A stretch of DNA of 64,000 nucleotides from Candidatus Gallimonas faecium. GTDB lineage: Bacteria > Bacillota > Clostridia > Christensenellales > Borkfalkiaceae. The stretch spans positions 18,113-82,112 of the forward strand of contig CAJFHA010000004.1 in NCBI GenBank assembly GCA_904378075.1, given 5' to 3'. The translations under genes were made by a program, and so were the position numbers. The notes below the pieces were generated by a model, which saw only the letters and a program-made list of their open reading frames with translations, ran no database searches and was not told the origin of the DNA. Positions 19,753-27,670 of the stretch are shown here, piece by piece (within the stretch, counting starts at the first letter, position 1; every line of letters begins with the position of its first letter).

Positions 19753-20790
19753 TCAGGCTTCGGCGTCCGCCTTTGCCGATTTTTTCTTGCCTTCATAGCG
19801 CGCATGCTTTTTCTTCATGCGGTCGAAATGCGCCTTGATCCTGACGTGCAGCGCAGGCGCAAGCAGCATGGAGGAATACAGCCCCGCCGCCACGGGAACG
19901 AGCGCGCCCGCGAACACGAACACGGCGCCCGTCGTTACGGTGCATGCCGCGCAGACGGCGATCATGACGAGCGTGATGCCTGCGGCAAGCCAAACCGTCT
20001 TGTCCGTCGCCTTGCAGGCGCCCGCCACCGCTTCCTCCGCAGAGAGCGCGTTTGCGGCGGGATCCTTTGCATCGTCGCGCAGCTTCATGCAGCGGATGAG
20101 CCAGAACACCGCGGACGCGACTGCCGCGATCGCGGCGTACAGCATGGGCGCAAACGCATACACGGGAATGCGCGCAATGGCAAAGATGGCAAGCGTCAGG
20201 AACGCATCGTTGACGCAGGCGACCAGCCCCGTCAGCGCGCAGCCCATTCCGAACCGGATGGCAACGTAGATGAGCGCCACGATGGCGGCGACCGCCACGG
20301 CGACCGCGCCCCGCCACATTGCTTCATTCATGGACTGAAGGGTGAGCGTATCGTAGGAGACGAATGTTTCGGCGGGAGACAGGAAGGTCTCGTCGCCGTC
20401 GATCCTCTCCTCGACCGCCGCCTTGACGGCGGCAAGCGTCTCGTCGGAGACGTCCGCGGAGAACGTGTAGCGCAGCAGGAAATCATTCCCCGTTTCGGTG
20501 AACGCGCCCTGCGACTGCGACACGGGGGCAGACTGCCCTTCGAGCGTCTCCTTGTTTTCGTATTCGATGCCCGCATCCGCAAACGCGTCTTCGCTGTATC
20601 TTTCGAGCGCGGCTTTTCTGCCCGCGTCAAGGTCCACGACGACGTTGTAATAGACGTCAAAGGTCTTGCTGTCGGGGCGGTCCAGGCTCTCGTTAAAACC
20701 GAGCAGCGCCATCAGAACGATCCCCGCAATGATGATGACCGCCGAAATCGCCGCCCAAACGGGAAGCAGGTTCAAACGCTTGTTACTCAT
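19753..20790 (-). CDS. secF: SecF-like protein-export membrane protein (divergent)
   Basis: 345 aa. N-terminal TM, periplasmic domain, then a six-TM RND-like block. Position secD-secF-recJ-relA is typical of Firmicutes. Confidence 0.55.
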   Translation of the reverse strand: MSNKRLNLLPVWAAISAVIIIAGIVLMALLGFNESLDRPDSKTFDVYYNVVVDLDAGRKAALERYSEDAFADAGIEYENKETLEGQSAPVSQSQGAFTETGNDFLLRYTFSADVSDETLAAVKAAVEERIDGDETFLSPAETFVSYDTLTLQSMNEAMWRGAVAVAVAAIVALIYVAIRFGMGCALTGLVACVNDAFLTLAIFAIARIPVYAFAPMLYAAIAAVASAVFWLIRCMKLRDDAKDPAANALSAEEAVAGACKATDKTVWLAAGITLVMIAVCAACTVTTGAVFVFAGALVPVAAGLYSSMLLAPALHVRIKAHFDRMKKKHARYEGKKKSAKADAEA

Positions 20791-22288
20791 CTTCCACTTC
20801 CTCCCGCTTGAAGTTGCAGAACTTGCCGGGCTGTTTGGAAGTGCCCATCATCACCGCCCAACCGAAGCGGTTGACAAGGAGCGTCGCCACGCCGGAGAAC
20901 AGCGTTCCGAGCCCGAGTACGAACGCCGCCGTCTGCAGGCTCGTGAGCGCGATCGCGTACACAAGGAACGCGATGATCGCAACGACGATATGCAGATCGA
21001 ACAGCTTCCAGAAACACTTTTTGTAGCCCGTCTTGACGGAAGAAGTCATCGTCTTGCCGAGCGCGTACTCCTTGCGCGCGTTTTCGAACGCAACGGCGTC
21101 GCTCACGCACAGAAGCACCGATGCAAGCATGAACGCAAGGAAGGTCTCCACGCTCAGATACAGGAACGGGATGGACCAGCCGCACAGGATCATGGCAAAC
21201 AGGAACAGCAGATAGGTATACAGGTGCACGAAGCCCAGGCGATGGTAGCGGATGAAGAAGAACGCCATCATCGCGACGAAGAAAATGCCGAACGCAATGT
21301 AGAGCATCCAGACCGTATTCGAACCGTACAGCGCCGGATGGAAGTATGCATCGCTGGGCGTGAACGTCAGATCGTCCGACGTTCCGGAGATCGCGCTGTT
21401 GAGCAGCACCGCAACGGTATTCGCCGTCTCCGGCGTATAGCTGCCGCTGATGTAGAGAGTGTTCTGGTCGTACACTTCGTTAACGGAGAGCTGCAGAACG
21501 GACGTATCGCCGACATAGAAGAAGAGGGTGACCGCCGTCTCCGCCGCGCCCGACGTCGCGCTTGCCAGCGCGGACTGTCCGGCTTCCGTGAACAGGAACT
21601 CAATGTAGCCCGTGCTTCCGGACGTACGCGCGCGCACCGACTGCACATAGTCGGCGACCGTCTCATCCGGACGAACGGTGAACAGATCGGTCGCGGACGC
21701 CTCGTCCGAACCGTATTTGATGTTCAGCTCTCCCGTATAGGAGAAGAAATTGATCGCGGTGTATTCGCCGTCCATCATGGCGGGCAGGAACACGCGGATC
21801 GCGTAATCCCCCACCGATTCGACGCGCGCCCCGTCCACGCGAAGGAGGGCATAGCGCTGCGTCACGGTTTCCAGAGCCGACGCAAACGCCGCTTTGAACC
21901 CTTCCGTCATCACGCCGTTGTCGTCGCAGGCAACGCCCTTTTCCAGGTAGACGGAACCGTTTTCGTCGGGATAGCGGACGTAATCCGCCGCATAATCCTC
22001 CCGCTCCTCGTCGCTCATGTCGCGGGTATCGTCTTCGTATTCCTTGGCGGTGATGACGCCTTCGGGATAGTACACGGCGGAATAGCCGCCGCCGAGATAC
22101 GCGCCCGTATCGGCGTTCGCGCCGTACGCAAGCCCGAGATCGGCGTCCTTCTCCATCATACGCATGACGGAGCTGAACGCATGCAGATTGTCCGTTCCGT
22201 AGGAAAACGAAACGGTACAGATAAAGCACAAAACGGCGATCAACAGGGTATAGATCACCAGCAGGACCACCGATTTTTTCTTGCCCAT
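20783..22288 (-). CDS. secD: SecD-like protein-export membrane protein (divergent)
   Basis: 501 aa. The TM block LLCVSDAVAFENARKEY parallels the SecD GMAVDANVLIFERIKEE motif. 8-nt overlap with secF. Confidence 0.6.
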   Translation of the reverse strand: MGKKKSVVLLVIYTLLIAVLCFICTVSFSYGTDNLHAFSSVMRMMEKDADLGLAYGANADTGAYLGGGYSAVYYPEGVITAKEYEDDTRDMSDEEREDYAADYVRYPDENGSVYLEKGVACDDNGVMTEGFKAAFASALETVTQRYALLRVDGARVESVGDYAIRVFLPAMMDGEYTAINFFSYTGELNIKYGSDEASATDLFTVRPDETVADYVQSVRARTSGSTGYIEFLFTEAGQSALASATSGAAETAVTLFFYVGDTSVLQLSVNEVYDQNTLYISGSYTPETANTVAVLLNSAISGTSDDLTFTPSDAYFHPALYGSNTVWMLYIAFGIFFVAMMAFFFIRYHRLGFVHLYTYLLFLFAMILCGWSIPFLYLSVETFLAFMLASVLLCVSDAVAFENARKEYALGKTMTSSVKTGYKKCFWKLFDLHIVVAIIAFLVYAIALTSLQTAAFVLGLGTLFSGVATLLVNRFGWAVMMGTSKQPGKFCNFKREEVEDE

Positions 22289-22327
22289 TGCCTCCTCCTG
22301 TAACGCGCCGCTTTTCGTATTTTTTGC

Positions 22328-23635
22328 CTAATTTTCGCGCGACTTGCGCTCTGCAAGCACGTGCATCGCGCACTCGATGCGCTTTTTCATCATCGCGCAG
22401 GTCATTTCATACGGCTTGTTGATGTCGCCGTTATAGTGATAGTTGTTCGCGCTGCAGCCGCCCGAACAGATGAATTTGGCAAAACAGTCGCCGCACTTTT
22501 CGCGCGTGAACAGGCTGGACGACGCAAACAAGCTGCGGATCTGCGGATCGATCACGCCCTCATACACACTGCCCATGCGCCATTTTTTGTCGCCTGCAAA
22601 CTGATGGCAGGGATAGAGATCGCCGTTCGGCACGACGGAGAGGTACTCATTCCCCGCGCCGCACGCCGAAACGCGCTTCTGAAGGCAGGGACCGCCTTCG
22701 AGATCGATATGGAAGTGGAAGAAGGAGAAGCCCTTCCCCTCCGCTTCGCGGCGGATATACTCGTCGCACAGCTTTTCATATTCCGCCTCGATCACGGGCA
22801 GGTGTTCCTCTCTGATCTGCAGTTCGGGAATGTCCGTGACGACGGGCTCGACCGAAAGGGAATCGAAGCCCTGATCGGCAAGGAAAAGCACGTCCTTGGA
22901 AAAATCGAGGTTCTTTGCCGTAAACGTGCCGCGCACATAGTAGTGCTTGTCCCCGCGGATCTTCACGAAGTTTCTGATCTTATCGATGACCGCGTCGAAG
23001 CTCCCCTTTCCGGAGACCGTCTTCCGCACGGCGTCGTGCACTTCCTTTCTGCCGTCGAGGGAGAGGACGACGTTTTCCATCTCCGCATTGAGAAATTCCA
23101 CTGCATCGTCGTTTAAAAGCAGACCGTTGGTCGTAGTGGTAAACAGGAACCGCTTGCCGCGCTTTGCCGCTTCTTCCTTGGCATAGGCGACCGTCTGTTT
23201 GATGACGTCCAGATTCATGAGCGGTTCGCCGCCGAAGAAGTCCACTTCGAGCACCTTGCGCGCGCCGCTGTTCGCAATGAGGAAGTCGATCGCCTTTTTT
23301 GCCGTTTCCGGGCTCATCATCTCGCGCGCGGCATGATAGGCGCCCTCGTCCGCAAAACAGTACTTGCAGCGAAGGTTGCAGTCGTGGCAGATGTGAATGC
23401 AGAGCGCCTTGAGCTCCTGCGATTTGACGGGCGCTACGGTCGTCTCCTCCGCATACAGCAGCCCTGCGTTTTTAAGCCCCTCGATGTCCGCGAGCGTCTC
23501 TTTCAGCTCCTCGTCGGTAAATTCGACGCTCTCCCCCGCAAGGTGACGCGCGGTCTTTTCGTCGCACTCATGGAGCGCGCCGCTGCCCGTGTCGTAGACG
23601 TAGTGATGTCCGTGGTAATGAAAAACGTGTACCAT
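22328..23635 (-). CDS. scfB: Radical SAM/SPASM thioether-forming SCIFF peptide maturase
   Basis: Track ORF 22328..23668; start MVHVFHYHGHHYVYDTGSGALH at 23635. CHDCNLRCKYC rSAM cluster and a C-terminal Cys-rich SPASM region (CGAGNEYL...CGDCFAKFICSGGC). Immediately downstream of the SCIFF peptide. Confidence 0.88.
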   Translation of the reverse strand: MVHVFHYHGHHYVYDTGSGALHECDEKTARHLAGESVEFTDEELKETLADIEGLKNAGLLYAEETTVAPVKSQELKALCIHICHDCNLRCKYCFADEGAYHAAREMMSPETAKKAIDFLIANSGARKVLEVDFFGGEPLMNLDVIKQTVAYAKEEAAKRGKRFLFTTTTNGLLLNDDAVEFLNAEMENVVLSLDGRKEVHDAVRKTVSGKGSFDAVIDKIRNFVKIRGDKHYYVRGTFTAKNLDFSKDVLFLADQGFDSLSVEPVVTDIPELQIREEHLPVIEAEYEKLCDEYIRREAEGKGFSFFHFHIDLEGGPCLQKRVSACGAGNEYLSVVPNGDLYPCHQFAGDKKWRMGSVYEGVIDPQIRSLFASSSLFTREKCGDCFAKFICSGGCSANNYHYNGDINKPYEMTCAMMKKRIECAMHVLAERKSREN

Positions 23636-23716
23636 ATTCGTGTGCGGATAACATCCGAAAAAGCGCAAAACAAGGAGCAGCGCAAAGGCGCCGCTCCCCG
23701 TCTTTTGGCGGTCGTG

Positions 23717-23869
23717 TTATTTTCTCTCGATCTTCTCTTCTCTCGTGACGCGCTCGCAGGACTGATTGCCAACGGTGCAGCTCGTCTTGCAAGCGGACTG
23801 GCAGGTGCTTCTGCATTCGCCGCAGCCCGTCACTTTCTTTGCCTGAGGTTTTGCGATCGTACGGATCAT
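23717..23869 (-). CDS. scfA: SCIFF (six-cysteines-in-forty-five) ribosomal peptide precursor
   Basis: Below the track size cut-off. My translation: MIRTIAKPQAKKVTGCGECRSTCQSACKTSCTVGNQSCERVTREEKIERK (50 aa, six Cys, GCGEC..C...C...C motif). GGAGAA RBS. Confidence 0.88.
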   Translation of the reverse strand: MIRTIAKPQAKKVTGCGECRSTCQSACKTSCTVGNQSCERVTREEKIERK

Positions 23870-23898
23870 AACATTTTCTCCTGTCTTCGTTTTTTTCC

Positions 23899-23927
23899 AT
23901 TATACAACGGCGCGGCGAAATTTGCAA
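23899..23927 (-). promoter_or_regulatory. SCIFF promoter, TTGCAA-17 nt-TATAAT
   Basis: Minus strand reads TTGCAAATTTCGCCGCGCCGTTGTATAAT, about 30 nt upstream of the scfA ATG. Confidence 0.6.
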
Positions 23928-23955
23928 GTGTTTTTTCGGATCCGCGCAAATCTTT

Positions 23956-24330
23956 TCATTCCTTGCGCAGTTTCACGCCCGCAAGCGCGCCGAGCCCGCC
24001 CAGCGCGCCGCACACGAGCAGTTCGACAAGAAAGAGCGCATTGAGGCGGAAGCCCCCGCCGATGGCGGCAAACAGCAGCATGGCGAGCAGCGTTGCCGCG
24101 ACGCCCGCAGCGATCCCCTTGAAGAACGCGCGCCCGTGATGGACGAACAGGAGCGGGAATAAAAACGCGCCCGCGCATTTGATCACCCAATTGACGGCAA
24201 GCACCGCGCCGTCCGCGGGCGCATACGCGCGCACAAAGACGGCGGCAAGCGCCGTCGCCACCAGATAGAACAGCGTACAAAAGAGTGCGGCAAGCGCGAC
24301 TTCCTTGACGACTCTGCCGAAACCTTCCAT
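23956..24330 (-). CDS. Small four-helix membrane protein
   Basis: 124 aa, almost entirely hydrophobic helices with Gly-rich turns. No family assigned with certainty. Confidence 0.65.
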   Translation of the reverse strand: MEGFGRVVKEVALAALFCTLFYLVATALAAVFVRAYAPADGAVLAVNWVIKCAGAFLFPLLFVHHGRAFFKGIAAGVAATLLAMLLFAAIGGGFRLNALFLVELLVCGALGGLGALAGVKLRKE

Positions 24331-24370
24331 AAAAACCCCCGCATCCGTGATATTCTACGGTATGCGGGGG
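24331..24370 (-). terminator. Intrinsic terminator abutting the next start codon
   Basis: Minus strand reads CCCCCGCAT...ATGCGGGGG followed by TTTTT and then the ATG at 24330. Confidence 0.6.
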
Positions 24371-24415
24371 CTTGTTCCGTTATGACGTTTCAGAGCAGGG
24401 TGCCGTAAAGATCTT

Positions 24416-24863
24416 TTAAGAATTCTCTTCGCTTTCGTGCCAGATTCTTATTCGGTTTCCGTTATTATAAAATATTGAAATATCTGCGACAACGACTGTC
24501 CATAGAACATCATTATATCCTGTAAATTTATCCGTCATCATAATTGCAACGCAATCGCCGTATGTGCCATGGTATCGGATAATTTTGAAATCGTCCGCAG
24601 ACGCTTCCGCATTCTTATATTCTTGGCGGTAATTATATGCCGACGTCTCACAGATCTTCCAAGACGTTTCCTCGCTCAATTCCTGCGGATCTTTCGGTAT
24701 GGGAACATAATCTTCCCCCATGATCGCTTCATTTCCACGCGTCATAGGCTCCCTGCAAAGAATAAAATTCTCCGAACGGAGGACTGCCTTTACAGCCCGC
24801 AAGTCCGACGCACATTCCTGCCGCCATGATCCCCGCAAGAATCACACAACCTGCTCTCTTCAT
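24416..24863 (-). pseudogene. Lipoprotein gene interrupted by a 1-nt frameshift
   Basis: An ATG at 24863 behind AAAGGAGG gives MKRAGCVILAGIMAAGMCVGLAGC (lipobox) ...FYSLQGAYDAWK and a stop at 24729. The body continues in another frame as track ORF 24416..24838 (...NEAIMGEDYVPIPKD...). The junction is in GGAAATGAAG. Confidence 0.55.
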
Positions 24864-25007
24864 CTTTTCACCTCCTTTCGGATCATCAAAAATACAAAAC
24901 GGCACTGCCGATTTTGAATTGGGGTGCCGTTCGTCCTGTTCATCATTCTCGCCTCCGACCGATGCGTTATATCTGCCCTTTCCTCTTTTTGTTGTAAATC
25001 TGTAAAT

Positions 25008-25036
25008 ATACTATCATAAATATCGTCCCTTGTCAA
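25008..25036 (-). promoter_or_regulatory. Sigma-A-type promoter, TTGACA-17 nt-TAGTAT with TG extension
   Basis: Minus strand reads TTGACAAGGGACGATATTTATGATAGTAT, upstream of the lipoprotein gene. Confidence 0.5.
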
Positions 25037-25065
25037 CCCCCGTTTTAAACGACTGCCCGCGCATT

Positions 25066-25100
25066 AAAAACGCCCGACGCGTAAAAAACGCGTCGGGCGT
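25066..25100 (-). terminator. Intrinsic terminator of degV
   Basis: Minus strand reads ACGCCCGACGCG-TTTTTTA-CGCGTCGGGCGT followed by TTTTTAAT. Confidence 0.8.
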
Positions 25101-25112
25101 GAATCCTTCTGA

Positions 25113-25991
25113 TTATTTTTCCAACGGAACGGGGCGCTTATCTCCCACAAAGATGACGCCCAGCGTTCCGGGCCCGCAGTGCGATCCGATGACGGGACCG
25201 ACGATCTGCCGCACCACTTTGGCGTTCGGGCGCTTTTCCAGAATGAGATCGCGGAGCTTATCGCCCTCTTCGGCACAGTCTGCATCCACAACGTAGACGG
25301 GGCAGCTTTCGTCGGTGAGTTCCTGCGCAACTTTGTCGGCAAGCGTGCGGATCGCCTTCTTTCTGCCCGCGATCTTGGAGAGCACGCAGAGCCCGCCGTC
25401 CGCCCCCACCGAGAGCATGGGCTTGAGCCCCAGAACGGTGCCTGCGACCGCTGCAAGCCCCGAGCATCTGCCGCCGCGCTTCAGGTGCATGAGGTCGTCT
25501 ACGACAAAATAGACGCAGACGCGGTCGGTAAATGCGGCAAGGAAATCGAGGATCTCCCGATCGGACGCGCCCTTTTGCCTGAGCAGCGCCGCCTGTTCCG
25601 CCTGAATGCCCGCGCCCAGAGAGATGCTGTTGGTATTAAACACCGTGCATTTACGGTCGGGATAGGTCTCTTTCAGCTCGCGCAGGGCAAGATCGAGCGA
25701 TTGGAACGTACCGCTCAGCTTGTGCGAAAAGCTGATGTACAGAATGTCTTCGCCGCGCTCGAAATAGGGCGTCAGAAACTTTTTGTAGTCCTCCGGATTG
25801 AGTGCCTGCGTCTTGGGGATGTTCCCCGCGCGCACCAGGTCGTAAAATTTACGGAAATCCGTCGCCTTGCCGAGATCGTAAAAATATTCCTGCCCGTCGA
25901 TATAGTAGGGCATGGAGATATAGTCGAGCCCGAGCTCCTCGGCGCGCGTGTACCACAGCTCGCCGTTGGAATCAAAGATCATTGTACTCAT
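25113..25991 (-). CDS. degV: DegV-family fatty-acid-binding protein
   Basis: 292 aa with typical DegV features (SFSHKLSGTFQS, VVDDLMHLKRGGR, GSHCGPGTLGV). Confidence 0.88.
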   Translation of the reverse strand: MSTMIFDSNGELWYTRAEELGLDYISMPYYIDGQEYFYDLGKATDFRKFYDLVRAGNIPKTQALNPEDYKKFLTPYFERGEDILYISFSHKLSGTFQSLDLALRELKETYPDRKCTVFNTNSISLGAGIQAEQAALLRQKGASDREILDFLAAFTDRVCVYFVVDDLMHLKRGGRCSGLAAVAGTVLGLKPMLSVGADGGLCVLSKIAGRKKAIRTLADKVAQELTDESCPVYVVDADCAEEGDKLRDLILEKRPNAKVVRQIVGPVIGSHCGPGTLGVIFVGDKRPVPLEK

Positions 25992-26120
25992 GGAATTTTC
26001 CTCGTTCTGTCATTGATTTTTGTGACTTTCGTCGTCTTTATTTTACTCCCGCGCGCGCCGTTTGTCAACAAGATATAACATAATATTTACTTTATCAACC
26101 ATCGGACGCTGTTCCAAATG

Positions 26121-26149
26121 TTGACAGACACATAAAACTCTGCTATAAT
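26121..26149 (+). promoter_or_regulatory. Consensus promoter, TTGACA-17 nt-TATAAT, 6 nt before the GNAT ATG
   Basis: TTGACA at 26121-26126 and TATAAT at 26144-26149, then GCCCGC and the ATG at 26156. No SD sequence. Confidence 0.6.
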
Positions 26150-26155
26150 GCCCGC

Positions 26156-26599
26156 ATGATACGCAAGCTGACGCCACAGGACGAAGCGGTCTTTGTTGCC
26201 ATGTCCGAAGAATTTTACGCATCCCCCGCCGTGGAGCACGCCGTGCCCCGCGACTATCATACGCGCGCCTTCCGCGAGCTGATGCGCTCGGACGAATATC
26301 TCGAAGGGTATCTGCTGTGCGACGGCGAAACGCCCGCAGGCTATGCCCTGCTGCAAAAGACCTATTCGCGCGAAGTGGGCGGACTTGCCCTGTGGATCGA
26401 CGAGATTTACCTGCGTCCCGCCTTCCGCGGCAAGGGGCTTGCCAAAGAATTTTTTGCCTTTGCGGAAACATTCGGCGCACCGCGCCTGCGGCTGGAAGTC
26501 GAACCGGAAAACGAACGCGCGGTCGCGCTCTATGGAAAACTCGGCTACCGCTATCTGGAATACCGTTCCATGGTAAAAGACCAAAGCTCGAACGGATGA
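26156..26599 (+). CDS. GNAT-family N-acetyltransferase
   Basis: 147 aa. Acetyl-CoA motif IYLRPAFRGKGLAKEFF and C-terminal LYGKLGY. Confidence 0.85.
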   Translation: MIRKLTPQDEAVFVAMSEEFYASPAVEHAVPRDYHTRAFRELMRSDEYLEGYLLCDGETPAGYALLQKTYSREVGGLALWIDEIYLRPAFRGKGLAKEFFAFAETFGAPRLRLEVEPENERAVALYGKLGYRYLEYRSMVKDQSSNG

Positions 26600-26642
26600 C
26601 CGCCCGTAGGAAACAAAGGTTTTATAATTTATTGATATGCAC

Positions 26643-26669
26643 GGGGCGCGGACAGTTTGTCCGCGCCCC
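26643..26669. terminator. Bidirectional GC-rich hairpin between convergent genes
   Basis: GGGGCGCGGACA-GTT-TGTCCGCGCCCC. Confidence 0.6.
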
Positions 26670-26677
26670 GCGCAATA

Positions 26678-27670
26678 TTATTTTACCCATTCCAGAAATG
26701 CCCTGAATGCCGAAGGCAGGGCATATATGGCGGAAATTTCATATGCGGTCGCCCACACATAGGGGGGAAGCTCCTCGCCGACGGGGATGAGTTTGCCCCG
26801 CATGTGCCATTCCACATGTGTGAAGACGTGCTTTGCGCGCTTTTCCGCCGACGGCGCTCCGAAATCGGGCGCTTCGCCCTCGAAAAACGGGAACTGCCAC
26901 AGCCCCGCCAGCAGTCCCTTTGCGGGACGCTTTTCCAGCGCGTACTTTTCGCCGCATTTCAGTACGCAGACCGTGGCTTCGACAATGCGCCGCGCCTTTT
27001 TTTCGCTGCGCACGGGAAACGCCTCTTCCCTGCCCGCAAGATGCGCGCGGCACACGTCCGCCCACGGACAGTTCCCGCACGCGGGCGCTCCGTTGGGCAC
27101 GCAGACGATGGCGCCCAGCTCCATGAGCGCTTCGCAGAAGTCCGCCGTCTCGGGCGGATAAACCGCCCGCAGAAGGTGCGCGTATTTTACCCGCACGGCG
27201 CCGTCATCCACGTTCGACCCGTCCGCATACAGCCGGCTCAGGATGCGCAATACGTTCCCGTCCACGGCGGGCGCGGGGATCCCGAGTGCGATGGAGCAGA
27301 CTGCGCCCGCGGTGTAATCCCCCACGCCGGGCAGCGCGCGCACCCCTTCGAACGTTGCGGGAAATCCATGCTCCGCAATGACCTTCGCCGCCCTGTGCAG
27401 GTTGCGCGCGCGGGAGTAATAGCCGAGCCCCTCCCACAGTTTGAGGACTTCCTCTTCATCGGCGGCGGCGAGCGCCTCCGCCGTGGGAAACGCCGCCAGA
27501 AACTGCACATAGCGTTCCTTCACCGCCTCCACGCGCGTCTGCTGGAGCATGAGTTCGGCAACGAGCGCGGTGTACGGATTGCGGTTCCTGCGCCACGGGA
27601 GATCTCTTTTGCAAACGCGGTACCACTCCAGAAGGGGCGGTACCGCGTCTTTCAATAACCGGATCTCCAT
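26678..27670 (-). CDS. mutY: A/G-specific adenine DNA glycosylase MutY
   Basis: 330 aa. HhH-GPD (LPGVGDYTAGAV), 4Fe-4S loop CVPNGAPACGNCPWADVC and a C-terminal NUDIX-like domain. 1-nt TGATG overlap with fhs. Confidence 0.88.
   Translation of the reverse strand: MEIRLLKDAVPPLLEWYRVCKRDLPWRRNRNPYTALVAELMLQQTRVEAVKERYVQFLAAFPTAEALAAADEEEVLKLWEGLGYYSRARNLHRAAKVIAEHGFPATFEGVRALPGVGDYTAGAVCSIALGIPAPAVDGNVLRILSRLYADGSNVDDGAVRVKYAHLLRAVYPPETADFCEALMELGAIVCVPNGAPACGNCPWADVCRAHLAGREEAFPVRSEKKARRIVEATVCVLKCGEKYALEKRPAKGLLAGLWQFPFFEGEAPDFGAPSAEKRAKHVFTHVEWHMRGKLIPVGEELPPYVWATAYEISAIYALPSAFRAFLEWVK

Noticed and set aside
15150-20811. 729-aa and 1167-aa plus-strand ORFs.
   Set aside because: They are antisense to relA, recJ and secF. 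There are no motifs, and the sequence is Arg/Gly/His-rich.
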